From: a virus
Lineage: Duplodnaviria > Caudoviricetes
Direction: 5' to 3' (one strand)
Length of the DNA stretch: 64,000 nt
IMG/VR virus record: IMGVR_UViG_3300031851_000001
The notes below the pieces were generated by a model. The model had not been told where the DNA came from, made no database searches, and saw only the letters and a program-made list of their open reading frames with translations. The position numbers were made by a program, and so were the translations under genes. Below are positions 50,254 to 57,953 of the stretch, piece after piece (within the stretch, counting starts at the first letter, position 1; the number at the start of each line of letters is the position of its first letter).

Positions 50254-50948
50254 TGTTTTACCAAATCAAAGTGACGTTCATAGGTATGTAAGTTCATTAC
50301 CTGCCACGTAAGCATACCCTTTTGAATAGTAAAGTGCTTATTGCCGGGAAGTTTACATTGTTCATTCCATTGAGCAACAAACTTATCCATAAGATATTGT
50401 GCCCACGCATAATCATTCTTGTAGCCAAACACAACATCATTAGAACGCATTTGAGATACCATATGTAAGATACCATCACGAATATAGAATGTTTGTGCAT
50501 TAGTACAGATGAAATCAGACTTACCACCTTCGTCAAACTCAACCCAAATAGATGGACGATTATAAATCATTTGAGCACGACGGCTATCAGGGTTACTCCA
50601 TAGTTCATCAAAAGCATTTTGGAATTGGTTATGATATTTTTTAGAGAATACTAAATGGCCATAGTTGGAATTAATATTACCGTGCGGATCTGCTGAATAT
50701 TGCCATGCGGCAGGAGCAGGTTTGGATGGTCCATAGATATCATTAATGTTTGTTGATTGCGACTCATACCATGCCAACTCCGCATTAATATATTCTTGTA
50801 CAGGTTTACCAAAGATAGCAGGTTCATCAGCGACAAACGATGCACCAAGTAGCTCGATTGTTTTTGCACCAGTTTTATCTGTAGTAAATCGTTCAGCTTT
50901 TAGTTCGTCAATAAAATAATTACGAATGTCACTTACGCTATTCATCAT
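50250..50948 (-). CDS. gp42: dCMP hydroxymethyltransferase (T4 gp42 homologue); start at ATGATG 50948/50945
   Basis: DKTGAKTIELLGASFVADEP, INSNYG, NPDSRR, SDFICTN, MRSNDVVFGYKNDYAW, LHTYERHF closely match my recollection of T4 gp42, including the dCMP-specifying Asp in ND. Confidence 0.92.
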   Translation of the reverse strand: MMNSVSDIRNYFIDELKAERFTTDKTGAKTIELLGASFVADEPAIFGKPVQEYINAELAWYESQSTNINDIYGPSKPAPAAWQYSADPHGNINSNYGHLVFSKKYHNQFQNAFDELWSNPDSRRAQMIYNRPSIWVEFDEGGKSDFICTNAQTFYIRDGILHMVSQMRSNDVVFGYKNDYAWAQYLMDKFVAQWNEQCKLPGNKHFTIQKGMLTWQVMNLHTYERHFDLVKQ

Positions 50949-51261
50949 CTTCTCCTTTAAATCTATCATCGGTATCAATTGGATCAGACTCAAGTGTTGT
51001 CATACAAAGGATCATCATTTGAGTTAATGCGTGTGATACGTGTGGTAAGCCAGACTCTGGGTCAATATCTTCACCAGAAATATACGCCAAAAGGTGACGT
51101 TGAATAGAAGAGTAATGACGAGATACTGGAAATTTATTTATGTCATGCCGCCAATTGTTTTCACCATACTTTTCAGCACCAAAACCAAATACCTTAGCAG
51201 CTTCAATGATAGCTTCTGGCGGAACTAAATGGATTTTTGGTTTGTCATTATCAAATTTCAT
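50938..51261 (-). CDS. dATP/dGTP diphosphohydrolase-family protein (DUF5664)
   Basis: KFDNDKP..HLVPP...FGAEKYGENNW...RHL...DPESGLPHVSHA. Confidence 0.85.
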   Translation of the reverse strand: MKFDNDKPKIHLVPPEAIIEAAKVFGFGAEKYGENNWRHDINKFPVSRHYSSIQRHLLAYISGEDIDPESGLPHVSHALTQMMILCMTTLESDPIDTDDRFKGEDDE

Positions 51262-51273
51262 ATACTTGTTTCC

Positions 51274-51900
51274 TTAAACATTGTGGTTATATATTGTGCG
51301 ATCATCACCGCGTGTATTGTAGAAATACTTTATACGTCGTACACCATCGTGGTCAGTTGTCCAGTTATTAGAGAACTTTTCTTGACATGGTCTGAGGTTT
51401 TGGCGTATCGTATCAAAAGGTACAACAGCGCGCCAACGAACGTCGTAAGTGTTTTCAGATAGTTTATTATAACAGCCAAAGATGATAATGTCAACACATT
51501 TTGGGTACAATCTGCGATTTCTTGCTAATTTATTTGCCATATAGTTTGGTATAGTCAACCATTTCTTTTCCATATGGTTTGGTAATGTTCCGGGATCTTG
51601 TGAGTTTTTAACCTCAGCTCTCCAACGGTTCCACTCAACATCCCAATTATGAGTTTCAGGTTTGGTGTAGTCAAATTCAGCAGGGTTCATAACAGCACCT
51701 TGACGTACTAAAGCAAACTCTAGTATAACGCCTGCATAAGTATGTGCTAAGACGGTTGAATGACTTCTTCCACGTCGACGGGTTGGACACTCAAACATTT
51801 CTTGTGCCATAGTTTGAATGTGAGAAACCTCACCCTCGTTTAACTCGAGGATAAGGGGTTCTGGGAGTTTTAGCGGGAGTTGTAAAGAAGACTCAGACAC
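51274..51900 (-). CDS. Hypothetical protein, possible PD-(D/E)xK nuclease (GTG start)
   Basis: E (GVILEFAL)...WDV...AEVK pattern. Confidence 0.5.
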   Translation of the reverse strand: MSESSLQLPLKLPEPLILELNEGEVSHIQTMAQEMFECPTRRRGRSHSTVLAHTYAGVILEFALVRQGAVMNPAEFDYTKPETHNWDVEWNRWRAEVKNSQDPGTLPNHMEKKWLTIPNYMANKLARNRRLYPKCVDIIIFGCYNKLSENTYDVRWRAVVPFDTIRQNLRPCQEKFSNNWTTDHDGVRRIKYFYNTRGDDRTIYNHNV

Positions 51901-52132
51901 TGTTATAGTGCTTTTTCCAAGTTGAACCTATGGTACCATAACCGGAACCAGACATATAAACTTGCCACATAATACGTGATACCTCACGTGAACTATTGGC
52001 TTTATCTAAATCGTAGATAAGTCTATTGTGTACAACTTTTTTAGTTTTCTTTACATCAATAAGATTATTTGCAGCTTCTCGAGCTTCAGTCAATTCCATC
52101 TTATCTAATTTTTGAAGTATTTCTAAATCCAT
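51893..52132 (-). CDS. Hypothetical protein (79 aa)
   Basis: ORF track; coupled to neighbours. Confidence 0.7.
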   Translation of the reverse strand: MDLEILQKLDKMELTEAREAANNLIDVKKTKKVVHNRLIYDLDKANSSREVSRIMWQVYMSGSGYGTIGSTWKKHYNSV

Positions 52133-52428
52133 TATCTATCCCATACATTGTTATAACGATTGCGCTCATATACATATACATCAGCATGTGTAGCATATGG
52201 TAAAGGCAAACCTTGGTTATACATACGACCATTATGTCCTCTTGGACCACGACCTTGAAGTTTTACATACTTTTTTGTTTCATCAGGATATGCAGTGTTA
52301 GCAAGTTTAACAACAGTTCTTAGACCGTCTACTGCAGCCTGATCTTCAGCAACTGGTTTACCATCAAGCATTTTTACGGTAAAACGGTATGCAGTTGAAT
52401 TGCGATTTTTTGTAGTATATGTAGTCAT
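52132..52428 (-). CDS. Hypothetical early protein (98 aa)
   Basis: Own promoter and RBS; YVKLQGRGPR...DVYVY motif. Confidence 0.75.
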   Translation of the reverse strand: MTTYTTKNRNSTAYRFTVKMLDGKPVAEDQAAVDGLRTVVKLANTAYPDETKKYVKLQGRGPRGHNGRMYNQGLPLPYATHADVYVYERNRYNNVWDR

Positions 52429-52455
52429 GATATAGTTTCCTTATTTGTTGATTCT

Positions 52456-52484
52456 AATATAACTGATTCTATTGAGAATGTCAA
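52456..52484 (-). promoter_or_regulatory. Early sigma70-type promoter (AGAATCAGT class)
   Basis: TTGACA-ttctcaatAGAATCAGT-TATATT, 17-nt spacer. Confidence 0.8.
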
Positions 52485-52487
52485 TAG

Positions 52488-52856
52488 TTAATTTAATATC
52501 ATATCAACTTTTTTCTTAAATACGATTTCAGCTTCATCCCATGAAGCGAATGAATTACTTGACAATCCATCTAATGTTTTTACATCTTTTACGAAGTTTG
52601 TTCCATTAGCATATACCATTTCGCCATACATATATGAGTTTTTATTAAAGCCTTCATCATCTTCGTATAATTCGTTTACACAAACATAACCGTTATGCTG
52701 ACAAATGAATTCGTCAAAGCTATTAAGACTTCTTATGTTATCTACATGATTGCCTACTTCGTCGCCAACTTTAGTACACATGGCAAGAGCGTCTTCTAAT
52801 CGAGATGCCATTCCAACCGTATTTGATGGAAAGGTATTTGATTTAATTGTAAACAT
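52488..52856 (-). CDS. Hypothetical early protein (122 aa)
   Basis: Own promoter and RBS (AAGGA). Confidence 0.75.
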   Translation of the reverse strand: MFTIKSNTFPSNTVGMASRLEDALAMCTKVGDEVGNHVDNIRSLNSFDEFICQHNGYVCVNELYEDDEGFNKNSYMYGEMVYANGTNFVKDVKTLDGLSSNSFASWDEAEIVFKKKVDMILN

Positions 52857-52883
52857 ACTATTTTCCTTTTGTTGTTATATACT

Positions 52884-52912
52884 ATTATAACTGATTCTAA
52901 AAGGAATGTCAA
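52884..52912 (-). promoter_or_regulatory. Early sigma70-type promoter (AGAATCAGT class)
   Basis: TTGACA-ttccttttAGAATCAGT-TATAAT, 17-nt spacer. Confidence 0.85.
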
Positions 52913-52915
52913 TAG

Positions 52916-53161
52916 TTAATCGTAGCCGAGTCGAGCCACGCTTTTCATTTCTAATGTAAGGAGTTCTTGTACACGATTTTCATATGCTACTTCAAAACCT
53001 TCAAGTGCATATTGGGATCTTTCGTGGTTTCCCCATAGTCTTTTAAAATAACTATCATAAAGGTATTCAACAACTGAGTCTGGTTCTGACTTATCAATCA
53101 GTTGACCTTTCACCATCCAATTCAAACGGTTGGCTTCTTTACGTACTTCTGGTGAGCACAT
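52916..53161 (-). CDS. Conserved hypothetical protein (81 aa)
   Basis: Strong GGAGG RBS; EANRLNW..KG.LID...YFKRLWGN motif. Confidence 0.75.
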   Translation of the reverse strand: MCSPEVRKEANRLNWMVKGQLIDKSEPDSVVEYLYDSYFKRLWGNHERSQYALEGFEVAYENRVQELLTLEMKSVARLGYD

Positions 53162-53255
53162 AGTGGGACCTCCTATATAAACAATGTAATATTATTTATG
53201 TTTTGGAGGTACCCACCAGCCGCTGTGTTAGCGGTAACATTTAAATTTATTTTAA

Positions 53256-54221
53256 TTAAATTGGATTAATTACATAATGAATAAGTAATACCAACGCTAC
53301 TGAGGCGCCAAGACCAACCATCATTTTACCAAAGTCTTTAGCAACTAATGGAAATACTGATTTGGTTTTTCTTTTACCAAAGTATGTTGCCATAGCCAAC
53401 TCACGTCCTGCTAATAGCCCAACGAAAACCCATGTTGTACTCATAGGAATATCATTTAGTTCTTTAAAGAAATATAAACATAGCCAGTAAAACAAGTCAA
53501 TCAATGTCGCTGATCTTACATATCGAGTATTATGTTTCTCTAATACAATTTGTTGGATTTTACCACCACGTTCTCTAAACATAAAGAACAATCCACCAAC
53601 AAATACAAATGATATAAGTATCATTAAATCTACTGGTACTTGACGTGGTAAGAACACCGCAATGTTAGCAATGTCATGCGATAACCAAGTATACCATAAA
53701 CCACCAGTAGCAAGCCACTGAGCAATACGCCAAAACTTTTTATTGCCTTCACTTATAGGTGCCGTTTCATCATACCATCTACCAAAGTATTTGTGAATTA
53801 TAAACCATACTGCATAAGCAAACCCTGCAGCTACACCATAACCCATAATGGATTTCATTAGCATCTTTTCTAATACAAAGGTGCTAGCAAATACTGATAA
53901 GACTAAGAATGATGTTGAAACTGGTACACCTAATCGAGTCAATGCAACTAGAATTGCAGGTGCTGCAGCATGGTACCATTGTACTTCTTGCCACGGGATT
54001 TTATTCAAACGACCATAACTAATGTCACCGCCATTCATCATCCAACCATACCAAAGTGTGGCTAAAAGAACAGAGGACGCTGCTATCCATAATGTTTTAT
54101 AACTAAATCTCTCATTGTTTGATGCCATCCAAGTACCGAGAGTTTGTACTGAATCATTTGCTATAACTGCGTAAGCAGCAAGCAGGAATCCGATTAGACT
54201 CCACATTGTGAGTAGTTCCAT
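53256..54221 (-). CDS. PiT/PHO4-like inorganic phosphate transporter
   Basis: ~9-10 hydrophobic segments; IANDSVQ and SHDIANIAVFLP resemble the two PiT GANDVANA signatures; PVSTS and PMSTT repeats. Confidence 0.7.
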   Translation of the reverse strand: MELLTMWSLIGFLLAAYAVIANDSVQTLGTWMASNNERFSYKTLWIAASSVLLATLWYGWMMNGGDISYGRLNKIPWQEVQWYHAAAPAILVALTRLGVPVSTSFLVLSVFASTFVLEKMLMKSIMGYGVAAGFAYAVWFIIHKYFGRWYDETAPISEGNKKFWRIAQWLATGGLWYTWLSHDIANIAVFLPRQVPVDLMILISFVFVGGLFFMFRERGGKIQQIVLEKHNTRYVRSATLIDLFYWLCLYFFKELNDIPMSTTWVFVGLLAGRELAMATYFGKRKTKSVFPLVAKDFGKMMVGLGASVALVLLIHYVINPI

Positions 54222-54305
54222 AAATTTCTCCTTTATTGTTTGACGTTTTTACCACGTCGCTCACATTAAAAAAGGCAAGGTATTTACCACCTCACCTTAA
54301 TCTAT

Positions 54306-54461
54306 TTATTCTTCACCTAACCAAATATTAATACTTAATAGGTTTTTATCTCTTTTACTTATTGCGTATTCTATATTGAGATCATGTAATGCTTTTCTTA
54401 ACGCTACTAATTTAGTAGGTTCTTTGGGTCTTACCCAGGTTTTTGATGGTTCATCATCCAT
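54306..54461 (-). CDS. Hypothetical protein (51 aa, missing from ORF track)
   Basis: Manual translation MDDEPSKTWVRPKEPTKLVALRKALHDLNIEYAISKRDKNLLSINIWLGEE; TAATG coupling to the upstream ORF. Confidence 0.55.
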   Translation of the reverse strand: MDDEPSKTWVRPKEPTKLVALRKALHDLNIEYAISKRDKNLLSINIWLGEE

Positions 54462-54871
54462 TATAGAGCTTTCTTTAAATCGCCGTGGTTACCTTCATGG
54501 CTTGGAGCAGTCCAACCCTCTGGTTTAATCAAGTCAGGTAATCCAAACGGATTTGGCCGACCTTCTTTAACACCAACATCTTTAGCAGCGTTTGCCTCGT
54601 AAACTTTATTCCAAGCCATATTTGCATCAACTCCAAATACATCAAGTGTACCAATAGCGAATACGCACATATCAATTAAACCATCAACAATTTCTTCAGG
54701 ATCTTTGGCTTCAATAGCATCCATCGTTTCCATGAGTTCTTCCTCACACATTGATAAACGAAACTTTAGGTATTTGTCCATCAAGTCTTTATTATCTTTA
54801 TTGGCTTCAAACCATTCTCTGACGCCAAACTTGTTGTGCATCATATACATATCGTTAGCAAAATCGCTCAT
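54461..54871 (-). CDS. All-alpha NTP pyrophosphohydrolase (PRA-PH/MazG-like)
   Basis: EEELMET...EEIVDGLIDMCVFAIG...AWNKVYEANAAK...DLIKPEGWTAP. Confidence 0.8.
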   Translation of the reverse strand: MSDFANDMYMMHNKFGVREWFEANKDNKDLMDKYLKFRLSMCEEELMETMDAIEAKDPEEIVDGLIDMCVFAIGTLDVFGVDANMAWNKVYEANAAKDVGVKEGRPNPFGLPDLIKPEGWTAPSHEGNHGDLKKAL

Positions 54872-54896
54872 ATTATAATCCTTTGTTGTTTATTAG

Positions 54897-54925
54897 ATAG
54901 TACCACACTATCACATATATGTCAA
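54897..54925 (-). promoter_or_regulatory. Sigma70-type promoter
   Basis: TTGACA-N17-TACTAT with TGTGG extended -10. Confidence 0.75.
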
Positions 54926-55125
54926 TCAATATTTAAGTTAGATAAGTACATCATCTCATCTTTTAGTTTAAGCTTTTTAACCTTGGCAGCTTTGATAGAT
55001 TTGTCAGGTGCCTTTTCTGCTTCAAGCGCTTCAATCATTTTATGTTGGTTGGCATGTTCTTTAGTTACCAACTCAAGTCTGTACTTTATATCTTCTGCAG
55101 TTTTCATTATGTTCCCCTTATACAA
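54922..55125 (-). CDS. YdcH/DUF465-like small coiled-coil protein
   Basis: L...H...H..IEALE...[12 protein letters not shown]; true start probably MKTAED. Confidence 0.6.
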   Translation of the reverse strand: MYKGNIMKTAEDIKYRLELVTKEHANQHKMIEALEAEKAPDKSIKAAKVKKLKLKDEMMYLSNLNID

Positions 55126-57661
55126 AGAAGCTGTCTACGGTGTTTACTTTTTCAGCGGACCAACCGACAGCATCGAGGATCGCCTCTAACGGAGTTAGGA
55201 ATACTTTTTCAAATTGCTTTTCATAGTCAATGTATTTAGCCAATTCCATTTCAGGTGGTAGTACACCCGGAAACGATATGATGTTTTCTTTGATTGGATT
55301 TGGCGTCTTAAGGTATACGAACTTGATTTTGTCGCCACCATTAATTTCGTTATAACGTTTTTGCAGCTTGGCTTGTTTCATATAATGATTATATAGAATA
55401 GCACCACGTACGTGCATAGGACAACCTTTTTTGTATAGGGATCCACTTTCACGATACTTGTCGATGTTATCAGTACCAGAGTTTTTAGCAATATCCTCTG
55501 CGCCAAGATTAAAGAATTTAGATTTAAAATCTGCAATGAATTGTTGAGTTGCTTCTTCACCTTCGTTCATAATAATTTTAAACGATTTCTTTAACTCTTC
55601 ACGACATACTTCTGGCGTTGATGAACGAACTGATTCCAAACCAGTTACTGATACCTTAGGCTCGTCATAGTGAACACCTTCAGAGTTAAGCGTATTCATA
55701 ATGTAACGTTTCTTGGCAATGAACACAGACTTATCAGTAATCTTTTCTCGTTTCATTCCCATCGCTTGGCGATAAGCACCCATCTTTTTAGCAAGCTCTT
55801 CGTAACCAGCTTCAAGTACTGGCTCAATTTTCATTTGGCAAACTTTATCAAGGAACTCCTCGCCTTTCTTACGGTCAACATCGACAGTACCAAAAGCGTT
55901 TTCAACGATAGGAGCCATATCAACATAGATAGAGTCAGTATCAATATAAACAATATAATCTTTATCGGTTTTCAATATTTTATTGAGATAATCGTTTACT
56001 GATTTCTGAGCATATCGGATTGATAATTGACCAGATGTAGTAATCGCTTCAGCCATATCGTTAATATAGTATAGGAAGTAAATGTTTGCCATAGCGCCAT
56101 ACAATGAGTTCATACTAATTTTGATAGCCATCTGAGCATTATGTAATTGGTTTGCTTCACGTTTCAAACGTTTGATTTCGCTTGGATCAGTTGCATCCTC
56201 AAGTTGTTGCTCGACCTTTAACATATTCTTTTTAATCACGGTACGATTACCATAGTATTCATCAATGATAGATGGAATAATACCTTTAAACTCGTTGGTA
56301 AAGCATGCACCATTTGCTGCTACTGACATTTTCTTATGCTCAGATTGATACGTACCTTTCAATACCATATCTTGGTTTACGAAATCTCGTTCATCAGATA
56401 GGTACGTTTCTGGCGACATATTATATTGTAGCATAAGGTGTGGATACAGAGAGTTCAAATCAAAAGATACAATCCAAGGATGCATACCAACTTTTGGATC
56501 TTTAACATAACCGCCGACAAGTTCGCCAGCACGTTGCCCAGGACCGCCTTTGATTGGTGGTACACGACCATCAAGTATTAGTTTACGATATAAAGTTGTT
56601 TCCCATATACCAACCGTACCAAATGCATCATTATAGTTCACACCGCCGCCATAAGCAACAGTCATAACCAACTGAAGCAGCGAGGTTTCATCCTCAAATC
56701 TTTGAATAAGCCACGTATCTTTAAGGTTATAGTCGAGATATAGTTGAGGGTTTTGTTCGTACAAAGCATTAAGGTTACCATACTCAGAGTAATCTAATTT
56801 CTTTTCACCAAGTACAACATATGCGATGTGGTCAAGTTTCCACGACTCTTGTGGTCCATACTTATAACCAAACTTTTTGAAGCAGTCCATATAATCAACA
56901 ACCGCCATACCACCAATCTGATATGTGTTTTGCATCTTACCAAAGAACTCGCGACCAGTTTGTCGAATATTACGCCAAGGAGATAAATCTTTAATCCAAT
57001 CTTCACCAAACATATTTTTCATACGTGTAATAATATATTGAATGTCAAAATACTCTACGTTCCAACCTGTAACAATATCAGGATAGTCATTAATCCATAA
57101 CTCTTTAAAGCGTTTGAGCAAAGCTTGCTCTGTATCAAACTTCATAAAGTGAATGTTATCTGGATCAATGTCAAGTAAAGTTTTACTTTTATCATAATCT
57201 TTACGACCAAGCAAATGGTAGTCTGAAGACTTTGAAGATTTATAAGCGATAGATGTAATTTCTTTATCAGCAAAGTCAACATCAGGATAACCATCCGCAA
57301 TGTCAACCTCGATGTCAAATGATACGATATTGATTTTAGATGGATCAAAGTTGATGTTGTTTGGATATTCTTGTTGAATAAACTGAGCTACATAATTTGA
57401 ACTACCTGCGATAGTCATGCCATGTACGTCTTTGTAACGTTCAATAAATTCTTTGGCTTCTCTCATGCCATCTTGTTTCATTGGCATCAAAGGTATGTCA
57501 CCTTGGAGCGAACGAAAATTGGATGGGGCTCCATCTTTGGTGTTACAATATAACGTAGGCTCAAATTGAACCTTCTTAGAAAACCGTTTACCATTGGCGT
57601 CATAACCACGCCACAGAATGTTTTGGCCGAAGCGTTCGACCGATGTATAAAATTTAGACAT
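55118..57661 (-). CDS. gp43: Family B DNA polymerase gp43
   Basis: [43 protein letters not shown]. Confidence 0.99.
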   Translation of the reverse strand: MSKFYTSVERFGQNILWRGYDANGKRFSKKVQFEPTLYCNTKDGAPSNFRSLQGDIPLMPMKQDGMREAKEFIERYKDVHGMTIAGSSNYVAQFIQQEYPNNINFDPSKINIVSFDIEVDIADGYPDVDFADKEITSIAYKSSKSSDYHLLGRKDYDKSKTLLDIDPDNIHFMKFDTEQALLKRFKELWINDYPDIVTGWNVEYFDIQYIITRMKNMFGEDWIKDLSPWRNIRQTGREFFGKMQNTYQIGGMAVVDYMDCFKKFGYKYGPQESWKLDHIAYVVLGEKKLDYSEYGNLNALYEQNPQLYLDYNLKDTWLIQRFEDETSLLQLVMTVAYGGGVNYNDAFGTVGIWETTLYRKLILDGRVPPIKGGPGQRAGELVGGYVKDPKVGMHPWIVSFDLNSLYPHLMLQYNMSPETYLSDERDFVNQDMVLKGTYQSEHKKMSVAANGACFTNEFKGIIPSIIDEYYGNRTVIKKNMLKVEQQLEDATDPSEIKRLKREANQLHNAQMAIKISMNSLYGAMANIYFLYYINDMAEAITTSGQLSIRYAQKSVNDYLNKILKTDKDYIVYIDTDSIYVDMAPIVENAFGTVDVDRKKGEEFLDKVCQMKIEPVLEAGYEELAKKMGAYRQAMGMKREKITDKSVFIAKKRYIMNTLNSEGVHYDEPKVSVTGLESVRSSTPEVCREELKKSFKIIMNEGEEATQQFIADFKSKFFNLGAEDIAKNSGTDNIDKYRESGSLYKKGCPMHVRGAILYNHYMKQAKLQKRYNEINGGDKIKFVYLKTPNPIKENIISFPGVLPPEMELAKYIDYEKQFEKVFLTPLEAILDAVGWSAEKVNTVDSFFV

Positions 57662-57688
57662 GTGTATCCTTAAACATAATATAAAATA

Positions 57689-57717
57689 ATACTAACACAG
57701 TTTGTTAGCAATGTCAA
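57689..57717 (-). promoter_or_regulatory. gp43 promoter
   Basis: TTGACA-ttgctaacaaactgtgt-TAGTAT. Confidence 0.7.
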
Positions 57718-57944
57718 TCTTTTTCTTTCCAAGAATCCATTTCAGTAATAATTTCATCGCCATCCTTGTCATTAGCAATACCCAGCGCCATTGCTTGTAT
57801 ATCGTCAATAAGATTTTGGCAGGCAGCCTTGTCATATTGTTTATAAGAGATTTCAGAAAACTCGTTACGAACTCTATGTAACAAGATTGCTTTATCTTTC
57901 ATTACGCTTATTCTTTTGATTAAATCTTCTATACTATGGCGCAT
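57714..57944 (-). CDS. Hypothetical protein (76 aa)
   Basis: ORF with GGAG RBS between gp46 and gp43. Confidence 0.7.
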   Translation of the reverse strand: MRHSIEDLIKRISVMKDKAILLHRVRNEFSEISYKQYDKAACQNLIDDIQAMALGIANDKDGDEIITEMDSWKEKD

Positions 57945-57953
57945 CTGCTACTC

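Noticed and set aside
50250-50993. Calling this ORF thymidylate synthase and using the track start at 50993
   Set aside because: The motifs and the ND Asp match dCMP hydroxymethylase gp42; the AAGGAG RBS places the start at 50948/50945.
55118-57661. Intein, intron or split in gp43
   Set aside because: 847 aa, continuous, with all motifs at normal spacing.
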